From an uncultured virus (IMG/VR IMGVR_UViG_3300030103_005378) (Duplodnaviria > Heunggongvirae > Uroviricota > Caudoviricetes): DNA of 64,000 bases. The notes beneath the pieces are model-generated. The model was not told the origin of the DNA and did no database searches. It was given only the letters and a program-made list of their open reading frames with translations. The position numbers and the translations under genes were made by a program. Shown here in pieces: positions 10,678-19,218 of the stretch; position 1 is the stretch's first letter, and every line of letters starts with the position of its first letter. The stretch lies in the IMG/VR virus record IMGVR_UViG_3300030103_005378; one strand, written 5' to 3'.

Positions 10678-10792
10678 TATTGGATTAATACTTAAATTGG
10701 TTTTTATTATTACCATTATATGGTTCTTGTTTTACATTGGAAAAGACAAAAATGTGAATTACAAAGGCAAAGGTTATTATGAAACTAGATAA
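10664..10792 (+). CDS. Cassette ORF, 42 aa, single TM
   Basis: MRRIDIGLILKLVFIITIIWFLFYIGKDKNVNYKGKGYYETR. Confidence 0.65.
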   Translation: MRRIDIGLILKLVFIITIIWFLFYIGKDKNVNYKGKGYYETR

Positions 10793-10804
10793 ACCCAAAC
10801 AAAG

Positions 10805-10966
10805 ATGAGTAAAATAACAGTACATACACCAGAAGATTTTAGTTCGTATACTAAAGAAATGAAAGAAACTATAATAAAGTCCATTAAAGAAGAGTATGGC
10901 GGTAAGGTTAAAATATTACCCTATATCCCTAAATCTATCAGAACACTTAAACCAAAACAAAGATGA
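10805..10966 (+). CDS. Cassette ORF, 53 aa
   Basis: MSKITVHTPED...TLKPKQR. Confidence 0.65.
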   Translation: MSKITVHTPEDFSSYTKEMKETIIKSIKEEYGGKVKILPYIPKSIRTLKPKQR

Positions 10967-11115
10967 AAGAAGTAAATTACAAATGGGTTCATAAAAAGGG
11001 ATGGGTGGTTGAATCTGAAGATGAAACACTAAAAATGGTGGTGGAAGAAACACTAAAAGAAGTTGATAGAACAATAAATTTTCAAGAATACTTAAACCAA
11101 AACAAAGATGAGTAA
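10963..11115 (+). CDS. Cassette ORF, 50 aa
   Basis: MKEVNYKWVHKKGW...YLNQNKDE. Confidence 0.65.
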   Translation: MKEVNYKWVHKKGWVVESEDETLKMVVEETLKEVDRTINFQEYLNQNKDE

Positions 11116-11365
11116 AGAGATTAACATACAGTTAGAAACCATTGAGGTTAAGGGTGAGGTGATACCATTACAACATGAATGGAAAGTTTGTGAAAATAAT
11201 AAAGAATGGTACGGTAGATTACCCAGAAAGAAGAAGAAACAATTAAAGAAACGAATGGGTGAAGAATCTTTTGTTAGTTGGTGGAATGGACTTGATGTAT
11301 ATTATCATCCTGATGTTGAAGAAGAATTAACAAAGTTACTTATAAATAAACCAAAACAAAGATGA
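11108..11365 (+). CDS. Cassette ORF, 85 aa
   Basis: MSK start, KPKQR end. Confidence 0.7.
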   Translation: MSKEINIQLETIEVKGEVIPLQHEWKVCENNKEWYGRLPRKKKKQLKKRMGEESFVSWWNGLDVYYHPDVEEELTKLLINKPKQR

Positions 11366-11559
11366 GTAAAGAAGAAGATAAGAAATTAGTCAGTAAGTTA
11401 CTAAAGGAAGCTAATGAAATTCATAAGAACAGAAAACCTAAGGCTAACTTTTTAGTACTTACTGATAAACAGATTCAAGATATGGCAGACACACAAGGGA
11501 TAACCTTTGATGAGATGTCAAGAGATATTGAAGAATACTTAAAACCAAAACAAAGATGA
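11362..11559 (+). CDS. Cassette ORF, 65 aa
   Basis: MSK start, KPKQR end. Confidence 0.7.
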   Translation: MSKEEDKKLVSKLLKEANEIHKNRKPKANFLVLTDKQIQDMADTQGITFDEMSRDIEEYLKPKQR

Positions 11560-11852
11560 GTAAACAATATAATGTAAAGTATGAAGTAGGGCAAGATGTC
11601 TATGTATTAAGAGATAAAAAGATAAGTAAAAATAGGATAGACAAGATTAGAGTTACCGAACAACAACCTTATACTAAGGGTAATTTAGATGGAACTTTTA
11701 CTGAAATGTCGGGTATTGAAATAGATTATCTTATAGAAACAAAAAGAGATTTCATACATCCACATACAAAAAGTACCCAAAGTTCATACGATTGGTATAG
11801 TCAAGAAGATGTCTTTACTAATAAGGATGAATTGATTGCACAAATTGTATAA
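11556..11852 (+). CDS. Cassette ORF, 98 aa
   Basis: MSK start; stop is the first TAA of the next repeat. Confidence 0.7.
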   Translation: MSKQYNVKYEVGQDVYVLRDKKISKNRIDKIRVTEQQPYTKGNLDGTFTEMSGIEIDYLIETKRDFIHPHTKSTQSSYDWYSQEDVFTNKDELIAQIV

Positions 11853-11864
11853 ACCAAAACAAAA

Positions 11865-12035
11865 ATGAGTAAAGAAATTTCAAGAAAAGAATTTGAAGAA
11901 TTAGTTATTAACTATACTAAAAATATATGTAATGACATTATTAAAAATGGGTTTAATGGTATTGAAGGATGGGTAAGAGAACTTATATCATCTGAGTTTA
12001 TTATTAAAAAAATAAAAAACATAGAAGATGAGTAA
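11865..12035 (+). CDS. Cassette ORF, 56 aa
   Basis: MSKEISRKEFEE...KNIEDE. Confidence 0.65.
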   Translation: MSKEISRKEFEELVINYTKNICNDIIKNGFNGIEGWVRELISSEFIIKKIKNIEDE

Positions 12036-12120
12036 AGAAGAAAATACAGGTTGTTTTGAAGCATGGTTAGGTATAGTAATCTTTTCCATAATAATGATAT
12101 TAATAATGATGATAGAATGA
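12028..12120 (+). CDS. Cassette ORF, 30 aa, single TM
   Basis: MSKEENTGCFEAWLGIVIFSIIMILIMMIE; ATGA overlap with next ORF. Confidence 0.55.
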   Translation: MSKEENTGCFEAWLGIVIFSIIMILIMMIE

Positions 12121-12302
12121 CTGAAAAAGATTTAAATAAAAAAATTGAATTTGAAAAATTCCGTGAAGAATGGAAAGAAAATTGGTATGATTATTATCGT
12201 TTATTAGACATAGATTTTGAAGCATTTATGTTAATGAAAGGATTAACAATAGAAGAATTTAAACATTTAAATAACGAAGAATTATGGAAAAACATGTTGT
12301 AG
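12117..12302 (+). CDS. Hypothetical protein
   Basis: MTEKDLNKKIEFEK..., coupled by ATGA overlap. Confidence 0.6.
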   Translation: MTEKDLNKKIEFEKFREEWKENWYDYYRLLDIDFEAFMLMKGLTIEEFKHLNNEELWKNML

Positions 12303-13150
12303 TTTCCCTATCTGGAGGAATGGATTCCAGTACATTGTTGTTACGTTGTCTTAAAGAATATGACACGGTAACAGCTATTTCATTTGATTATGGACAAAAA
12401 CATAGAGTTGAGTTAGAACGCGCTCAATCATTAGTAGATTATATTAATAATGAGGTAATGATTAATATTGGAGTACATGGGGATTCACATCCTGGTGTTA
12501 AATATAGAGTAATTAAGCTAGATGGTTTAGTTGATTTACTTGATTCTGCTTTAGTGGATGGTGGAGATGAAGTACCCGAAGGTCATTATGCTGAAGATAA
12601 TATGAAAGCAACTGTTGTACCTAATAGAAATAAAATATTTGCCTCTATTACACAAGCAGTAGCATTATCTAGAGCAAACCAAACAGGTGAAGGTTGTGAT
12701 ATTGCACTTGGTATCCATGCAGGTGATCATGCTATTTACCCAGATTGCAGACAAGAGTTTAGAGATGCAGACGATGCAGCTTTTAGAATAGGCAATTGGG
12801 ATGCTGATAAAGTAGGTTACTTTACACCTTATCTTGAAGGTGATAAATTTACTATCTTACAAGATGGAGAAAAACTATGTAAATATTTAGGTTTTGATTT
12901 TGATGAAGTTTATTCTCGTACAAATACAAGTTACAAACCAATCCAAATTATATCTACTTCAGGTGATAATTGGTTTTCAGATTACAAATCAGCTAGTTCA
13001 GTTGAACGAGTAGAAGCATTTATTAAATTGGGAAGACCTGATCCTGTAAGATATGCTGATGAAACAGGCCCTGTAAAATGGGAAACAGCAAGAATATATG
13101 TTGAACAAGTACTTTCAGAGTATGAAAAAGAACAATTAAATATAAAATAA
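12284..13150 (+). CDS. queC: 7-cyano-7-deazaguanine synthase
   Basis: SLSGGMDS, FDYGQKH, TVVPNRN, YPDCR motifs. Confidence 0.93.
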   Translation: MEKHVVVSLSGGMDSSTLLLRCLKEYDTVTAISFDYGQKHRVELERAQSLVDYINNEVMINIGVHGDSHPGVKYRVIKLDGLVDLLDSALVDGGDEVPEGHYAEDNMKATVVPNRNKIFASITQAVALSRANQTGEGCDIALGIHAGDHAIYPDCRQEFRDADDAAFRIGNWDADKVGYFTPYLEGDKFTILQDGEKLCKYLGFDFDEVYSRTNTSYKPIQIISTSGDNWFSDYKSASSVERVEAFIKLGRPDPVRYADETGPVKWETARIYVEQVLSEYEKEQLNIK

Positions 13151-13611
13151 TGAAACATCAATCAACTAAAATATTTGACGGATTTAGTACAGTATTCCGT
13201 CAATGGAGAGCAAAAGAAACACATTGTAGTTATTTACATGGGTATGGAGTATCATTTAAAGTAACTTTTGAAGGGTTACTTGACCATAGAAATTGGGTTT
13301 GGGACTTTGGAGGAATGAAACGAGCTAAAACCCAAATAGATGGTATGTCCCCTAAAGACTGGATGGATTACATGTTTGATCACACATTAATTGCTGCAAA
13401 CGACGACCCCGAATTGGATTCATTTAGAATGATGGATGCACAAAATTTAATCCAATTAAGAGTAATAGATGCTACTGGTGCAGAAAAATTTGCTGAGTAT
13501 ATCTACAATAAACTTAATATGTTTGTTGAGGAAGAAACAGATGGACGAGTAAGAGTAGTACAAGTTGAATTTATGGAACATGGAAAAAATACAGCAATTT
13601 ATGGAGAATAA
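13150..13611 (+). CDS. queD: 6-carboxy-5,6,7,8-tetrahydropterin synthase
   Basis: HCSYLHGY, WVWDFG, FDHT, GAEKFA motifs. Confidence 0.9.
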   Translation: MKHQSTKIFDGFSTVFRQWRAKETHCSYLHGYGVSFKVTFEGLLDHRNWVWDFGGMKRAKTQIDGMSPKDWMDYMFDHTLIAANDDPELDSFRMMDAQNLIQLRVIDATGAEKFAEYIYNKLNMFVEEETDGRVRVVQVEFMEHGKNTAIYGE

Positions 13612-13673
13612 TTATTGGATATCAACAGTTACTTATAACAACATAAAAATTAAATATATTTTAATAAAATAGT

Positions 13674-14459
13674 ATGGAAAAACCATTAGGAAGAATAAAA
13701 GATTTTGATAAAAGATTACCTATACTAGAATTATATAGGTGTGTTCAATCTGAAGGTAGCCGATTTGGAAGACCTACCATTGCAGTTAGAACAACTGGGT
13801 GCACTCACAGGTGTTACTTTGGAGAAGAAGGAGGGTGGTGTGATTCTTGGTACACAAGCATCCACCCAGAAAAAGGAACATTTAATTTTAATGATATTAT
13901 TAAAATATATGATGAAAACCCCCATGTAAAAGAAATGATGTTAACAGGTGGTTCTCCTACAATGCATCCTAAATTAGTAAATGAGTTAACTCATTTTGCA
14001 AATCAAAGAGGCATTCTTATTACTATTGAAACTGAAGGTTCTCATTTTCTTAAAACTGATTTTCCATTAGGTTTGATTTCTCTATCTCCTAAATTTTCTA
14101 ATTCTGTTCCTAAATTAGGTGCTTTAACACCTAATGGAAAAGAAACAGATGAAAGAATGATTAAGCAACATAATAAATTAAGACTAAATTATAGTGCTAT
14201 TAGAAAAACATTAGACTACCACACTGATTATCATTATAAACCAGTTTGGGATGGTACTGATGAGTGTTTAAAAGAAATAGAGGACTTTAGAATTAAAATG
14301 GAAATACCAAAACATAAAACATTTATAATGCCTGCGGGTGATACAAGAAAAGAATTAATTAAAATGTATCCTTTAGTATTTGATTTATGTGCTGAATATG
14401 GCTATAATTTAACAGGTAGAGACCATATAATAGCATTTGACACAGAAAGAGGAGTGTAA
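13674..14459 (+). CDS. queE: 7-carboxy-7-deazaguanine synthase (radical SAM)
   Basis: VQSEG, RTTGCTHRC...WCDS, LTGGSP, IETEG, SLSPK. Confidence 0.9.
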   Translation: MEKPLGRIKDFDKRLPILELYRCVQSEGSRFGRPTIAVRTTGCTHRCYFGEEGGWCDSWYTSIHPEKGTFNFNDIIKIYDENPHVKEMMLTGGSPTMHPKLVNELTHFANQRGILITIETEGSHFLKTDFPLGLISLSPKFSNSVPKLGALTPNGKETDERMIKQHNKLRLNYSAIRKTLDYHTDYHYKPVWDGTDECLKEIEDFRIKMEIPKHKTFIMPAGDTRKELIKMYPLVFDLCAEYGYNLTGRDHIIAFDTERGV

Positions 14460-14470
14460 AAATATAAGGC

Positions 14471-14854
14471 ATGTTTGAGTATAATGCAACAGTAATAAAA
14501 GTAGTTGATGGTGATACTATTGACGCTATGGTAGATTTAGGGTTTAGTACTTTTAAAAAAATAAGAATTAGATTACATGGTATGGATGCCCCTGAATCCC
14601 GTACAAGAGATTTAGAAGAAAAGAAAAAAGGTTTAGCTGCAAAAAATAGAGTTATAGAAATTTTGAAAAAAAATGAAAATAGGTTTATTTTAAGATCTTT
14701 TGGAGTAGGTAAATTTGGTAGATGTTTAGGAGAAATTCAATTAATAGATTTTTATAAAGATCAATCACTTAAACATGAACCCCCTTCTCCTACATTACAA
14801 GAAGTATTAATAGCTGAAGGTCACGGAATAAAATATTATGGTGGAAAAAGATAA
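14471..14854 (+). CDS. Thermonuclease (SNase-like)
   Basis: VVDGDT, IRLHGMDAPE, KFGRCLG. Confidence 0.88.
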   Translation: MFEYNATVIKVVDGDTIDAMVDLGFSTFKKIRIRLHGMDAPESRTRDLEEKKKGLAAKNRVIEILKKNENRFILRSFGVGKFGRCLGEIQLIDFYKDQSLKHEPPSPTLQEVLIAEGHGIKYYGGKR

Positions 14855-15266
14855 AATAAAAAAAATATACATAAGTTGGAAAGAGGTAGAAGAACTAGTT
14901 GATACCTTACATAAAAACATTTTAGAATCAGGTAAAGAATTTACTCATATATGTGGAATACCTAGAGGAGGGCTTACTCCTGCTATTATGTTATCTCATA
15001 AAATGAGAATACCTTATCATTCTTTATCTGAAAGACATCCTCATAATGAAACATTATTTGTAGATGATATTTGTGATAGTGGAGAAACTCTCCAAAATTT
15101 GTATGAATATTACACTGCTGTTCTCCATTACAAACCTCATACTTCAAAGTATGAACCTCGTTACTATGCTTGTAAATTTGAAAGTAATGATTGGATTGTT
15201 TATCCTTGGGAAAATAAAGATTCAAAACCTATACAAGATTATAAAGTAATGGTTGGAAAAAACTAA
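14838..15266 (+). CDS. Type I phosphoribosyltransferase (purine PRT-like)
   Basis: GIPRGGL, FVDDICDSGETL PRPP loop, WIVYPWE. Confidence 0.88.
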   Translation: MVEKDKIKKIYISWKEVEELVDTLHKNILESGKEFTHICGIPRGGLTPAIMLSHKMRIPYHSLSERHPHNETLFVDDICDSGETLQNLYEYYTAVLHYKPHTSKYEPRYYACKFESNDWIVYPWENKDSKPIQDYKVMVGKN

Positions 15267-15300
15267 AAAATTTTTTATATTTACATTAAAAATAGATTAT

Positions 15301-16338
15301 ATGTTAAAAAACAAAACAAAAAAGAAATTTATTAAAAAGTATGAATGGGTAGGAGACGTTAAATCTTATAAATCTCCCCCTGAAAATGATTACTCAATTA
15401 AATATGATGAACCTAATAGAGAATATGATGTAGATTATAGCCCTACTAAAGAAGATATTGAAACATTCCCAGATTTACAGAATGGCCCTTCTTCACTTAT
15501 TCAAGGTTCTCCTGTTGAGATTCAACAAGTTGGAATTCATAACTTTAGATTACCTTTAAAATATAAAACAAGAGATAATGGTATTTTAGAATTAGAAACT
15601 AAAGTAACAGGAACTGTATCACTTGAAGCTCATAAAAAAGGAATTAATATGTCTCGTATTATGAGATCATTTTATGAATTTAAAAATGATACTTTTAGTA
15701 TAGATAAATTAGAAACTGTTTTGTCTGCTTACCAAGATAAATTGAAATCATTTGATTCTAAAATATCACTTAAATTTTCATACCCTATAATCCAAAAGTC
15801 ACTAAGATCTGATAATGCTGGATATCAATATTATGATGTTACTTTAGAAGGTGATTTAAATAAACAAGGTGAACTAAGAAAAATTATTCACTTTGACTTT
15901 GTATACTCATCAGCTTGTCCTTGCTCTTATGAATTAGCTGAGTTTGCTAGAAAATATAGAAATAAAGCAACAGTATCCCATTCACAAAGATCTGTAACTA
16001 GAGTATCTGTAGAATTTGATGATATGGTTTGGATTGAGGACTTACAAGAAATGTGTATTGAAGCACTTCAAACAGAAACCCAAGTAATGGTTAAACGAGA
16101 AGATGAAATGGCGTTTGCAGAACTAAATGGTTCATATCTAAAATTTGTTGAAGATGCTGCTAGACTATTATATGAACAATTAATAGAAGATAAAAGAATT
16201 AAAGATTTTAGAGTGGTATGTTCACACCAAGAATCACTCCATTCTCATGATGCTATTTCAGTTATGTTAGCTCCTGATAGTAACTTTAGTAGTGATGTAC
16301 CTCATGAGCTATGGTCAAGTTTAATTCACATTTCTTAA
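15301..16338 (+). CDS. folE2: GTP cyclohydrolase IB (FolE2)
   Basis: PDLQ, KGINMSR, SACPCS, SHSQRS, VKREDE, KFVEDAAR, ESLHSHD. Confidence 0.9.
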   Translation: MLKNKTKKKFIKKYEWVGDVKSYKSPPENDYSIKYDEPNREYDVDYSPTKEDIETFPDLQNGPSSLIQGSPVEIQQVGIHNFRLPLKYKTRDNGILELETKVTGTVSLEAHKKGINMSRIMRSFYEFKNDTFSIDKLETVLSAYQDKLKSFDSKISLKFSYPIIQKSLRSDNAGYQYYDVTLEGDLNKQGELRKIIHFDFVYSSACPCSYELAEFARKYRNKATVSHSQRSVTRVSVEFDDMVWIEDLQEMCIEALQTETQVMVKREDEMAFAELNGSYLKFVEDAARLLYEQLIEDKRIKDFRVVCSHQESLHSHDAISVMLAPDSNFSSDVPHELWSSLIHIS

Positions 16339-16354
16339 AACTAAATATAAAATT

Positions 16355-16954
16355 ATGAATAAAGGAAAAAATGTAGTAGATTTAATTCCTACTCACGACC
16401 CCCAAACCGGAGAACTAAATCCGTACTATGAAAGACTAACAGAAGAAGTAAATCCTTTACAACCAGAACCACAACCAAATTATATACCATTTGTAAGTGA
16501 GGTAGAAGAATTTAATCACACAATGGGTAAACCAAATAACTATGAACCTACAATCCCAGAAAAAAAGGAATGGCAGTTTGTATATGACTTCATCCTTGAA
16601 GAGCTCGAAGAATATAAAGAAGCCTGTGAAACAGGAAACATTGTTGAAGTTCTTGATGCTTTATGTGACATTGCCTACGTTTCCCTGGGCAACGGCACTA
16701 TGTTACATGGTCTTAAAGACCAAATATGGCCAGCGTATCAAGAAGTACAAGCATCGAATATGTCAAAAGCTTGTTCTAGTGAAGAAGAGGCACAAGAGAC
16801 CGTTAGAGTACGTGCCGAAGAGCAAAAGGAAGCATGTCACTATGAAAAGGTTGAAGACTATTATATCGTCTATAGAACACGTGATAGAAAAGTAATGAAA
16901 AATATAAACTACTTTAGACCAAATTTAAAACAATTTTTAAACTTAAAAAAATAA
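16355..16954 (+). CDS. MazG/PRA-PH-like NTP pyrophosphohydrolase
   Basis: EELEEY...EVLDALCDIAYV...EVQASNMSK. Confidence 0.8.
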   Translation: MNKGKNVVDLIPTHDPQTGELNPYYERLTEEVNPLQPEPQPNYIPFVSEVEEFNHTMGKPNNYEPTIPEKKEWQFVYDFILEELEEYKEACETGNIVEVLDALCDIAYVSLGNGTMLHGLKDQIWPAYQEVQASNMSKACSSEEEAQETVRVRAEEQKEACHYEKVEDYYIVYRTRDRKVMKNINYFRPNLKQFLNLKK

Positions 16955-16959
16955 AAATA

Positions 16960-17175
16960 ATGAATAAAGAAAATTTAAAACAACTATCAAATAGTTTAAG
17001 AACACATTTGAATAATATTCCAAGAACTGTAATATCTAGAATACCACATAGTACTTTAATAGGGATTGTTGATAGTTTAGATAAAGAAATTGAATTGATT
17101 AAAGAACCATCTTTAAATACAAAATCAACAACAAAGAAAACAACTACTAAAAAGAAATCTACCTCAAGTAAGTAG
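16960..17175 (+). CDS. Hypothetical protein with basic K/T-rich tail
   Basis: 71-aa ORF between MazG-like gene and polymerase. Confidence 0.6.
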   Translation: MNKENLKQLSNSLRTHLNNIPRTVISRIPHSTLIGIVDSLDKEIELIKEPSLNTKSTTKKTTTKKKSTSSK

Positions 17176-17178
17176 AAT

Positions 17179-18954
17179 ATGTACAAAAAGTGTTTTGCTG
17201 AATATAAAAGTTATAATAAATATTTAATCCACCTATGGACTGATGAGGGCTATTCAACTAGTGAATGGTCCTCTCCTGCTTATGTTGAATGTAGTGAAAG
17301 TGAAGCAAAGTACAAAGGTCTAAATGGTGAACCATTAAAAAAGATATATAAATGGAAAAGAGACACACCAGGTCTTCATTTTCATGATATGTCACCTTAT
17401 CAAAATTTCTTAATTGATAAGTATGGAATTAATGATGAACCTTCAACTACTCATAAAGAGATATTTTTTGATATTGAGATTGAAATGGGAGATGCTTTAA
17501 CTCCTGAATATATTCAATCTGCACCTAAAAAGGTTACTTCAATTGCTTGGTATTTTAAACAAGAAGATGAATGGAAAATCATTATTCTTGATCCAAAACA
17601 ACAAATCCAACCAACAGTAAATGGGAATAAAGAAATAATCCCTGTTTACAATGAAGAAGTATTACTATCTAAATTCCTCACTTACATGAGAGAACTAGAC
17701 CCAGATATCCTTGTAGGTTATAATAGTGATTATTTTGATATTCCTTACTTGTACTATAGAATTAAAAATGTACTAGGTGAAGAAATGGTTGAGTATTTAT
17801 CTCCTATTTTAAAAGTAAAAGAAAAACGTAGTTTTAAAACAAATGAGATATATGATTCAAACCAACCAATAGAGATAGCGGGGGTTGAGTCACTTGATTA
17901 TATGCGTTTACATAAAAAATATAGTTGGGAAGATGAACCAAGTTGGAAGTTAGATGCATTAGGTGAAAAGTATGCTGGTTTAAATAAAATAGAATATAAT
18001 GGTTCTTTAGATAGACTATTTGAAGAAGATATTGAAACATTTATAGAATATAACTTTCGTGATGTTGAAATTTTAGTTGAATTAGACAAAAAATTAGAAT
18101 ATCTAGCATTAACTAAAAACTTATCCCATAAAGGAAAACACAACTATGGAGAAGTATACCACAATACAGTTACACAAGATGGAGCCATTTCAGCTTATCT
18201 ATTATCTGAAGGTATAATACCACCTAGAAAAGAACCAAACCCTAAAAAGAAAAAAGGATATGCAGGTGGTTATCTGTTTTGTCCTAAAGCAGGTGTATAC
18301 AAATATATGTTTGATGAAGATTTAACTTCACTATATCCTTGTATTATTATGTCTTTAAATATAGGTAAAGAAACAATGGTAGGTAGAATTATAAGTCAAA
18401 CTTTACCTGAAAACCTAAAATATAGACCTTATATGGTTACTGATAAGGAGACAAAATCAACATATTATTCCCCTTCTAGAAATAACTATTTAGGTTTAAA
18501 TGATTTAAAGAAAAAAGACCCACAAGAAGAACTTACTATTGAAAATGCTAAAGGTAAACGCACTCAAATTGAAGTAGGTAATTTAATTAACTTAATTGAG
18601 GATATGGAAATGGCTGTTTCTGCAAATGGTACATTTTTTAGAACAGATAAACAATCAGTACTTTCAATTATTTTGAATAAATGGTTTGATGAAAGGGTAA
18701 AATATAAAAATGCTATGAAAAAAGCATATAAATCAGGTAATTCTGAATTAGGTGCTTCGTTTCATTTAAAGCAATATACAATGAAAATTTTGCTGAATAG
18801 TTTGTATGGTGCAACTGCCTTACCTACATTTAGATACGCGATGAATGAAGCAATATTGAGCGAAGCAATTACATTAAGTGGATGGAGAATCATTCAGGAA
18901 TCAGCTTTAGCAGCAAATAGACATATTAATAAACTAATGAAAACAGAAATATAA
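17179..18954 (+). CDS. Family B DNA polymerase, N-terminal part (3'-5' exonuclease, motifs A and B)
   Basis: FFDIEIE, GYNSDYFD, YNFRDV, DLTSLYP, KILLNSLYG; ends before motif C. Confidence 0.92.
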   Translation: MYKKCFAEYKSYNKYLIHLWTDEGYSTSEWSSPAYVECSESEAKYKGLNGEPLKKIYKWKRDTPGLHFHDMSPYQNFLIDKYGINDEPSTTHKEIFFDIEIEMGDALTPEYIQSAPKKVTSIAWYFKQEDEWKIIILDPKQQIQPTVNGNKEIIPVYNEEVLLSKFLTYMRELDPDILVGYNSDYFDIPYLYYRIKNVLGEEMVEYLSPILKVKEKRSFKTNEIYDSNQPIEIAGVESLDYMRLHKKYSWEDEPSWKLDALGEKYAGLNKIEYNGSLDRLFEEDIETFIEYNFRDVEILVELDKKLEYLALTKNLSHKGKHNYGEVYHNTVTQDGAISAYLLSEGIIPPRKEPNPKKKKGYAGGYLFCPKAGVYKYMFDEDLTSLYPCIIMSLNIGKETMVGRIISQTLPENLKYRPYMVTDKETKSTYYSPSRNNYLGLNDLKKKDPQEELTIENAKGKRTQIEVGNLINLIEDMEMAVSANGTFFRTDKQSVLSIILNKWFDERVKYKNAMKKAYKSGNSELGASFHLKQYTMKILLNSLYGATALPTFRYAMNEAILSEAITLSGWRIIQESALAANRHINKLMKTEI

Positions 18955-19217
18955 TGGCACTTTCCCCACAATCAATAAGAAAAAATGTTCAAGTTAAATT
19001 TGATAATGTTATAGTAGATAAACAAACTATAATAAAAAGAAGTGAATCTTGGACAGAAAAACAAGAAATATTATTTAAAAAATTCCTTAAACAAGGAGGC
19101 AAATGTAAAATACAAGGTGTTAAAATAGAAGTAGTTCCACCTCATGAAGTGCTTACCTCAAAAGGAGAAAAACCAAGTGGTAAAATGGTAGCACCTGGAA
19201 TTGATCAAAGATTTTAA
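18954..19217 (+). CDS. 87-aa hypothetical protein between the two polymerase halves
   Basis: TAATG overlap with upstream half; stop immediately before downstream half. Confidence 0.65.
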   Translation: MALSPQSIRKNVQVKFDNVIVDKQTIIKRSESWTEKQEILFKKFLKQGGKCKIQGVKIEVVPPHEVLTSKGEKPSGKMVAPGIDQRF

Positions 19218-19218
19218 A

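Larger units (their letters stand above)
10084..12036 (+). repeat. Array of ~24-bp direct repeats (consensus TAAACCAAAACAAAGATGAGTAAA) at small-ORF junctions
   Basis: Copies near 10084, 10214, 10453, 10648, 10790, 10948, 11093, 11347, 11540, 11850 and degenerate near 12019; each contains the ATG of the next ORF. Confidence 0.9.

Noticed and set aside
10084..12036. CRISPR array interpretation of the 24-bp repeats
   Set aside because: Spacers are about 110-290 bp, irregular and protein-coding; the repeat is non-palindromic; no cas operon is present.
18954..19217. Intein or homing-endonuclease intron in the polymerase
   Set aside because: No C/S...HN intein ends, no LAGLIDADG/HNH/GIY-YIG motif and no recognisable group I core by eye.
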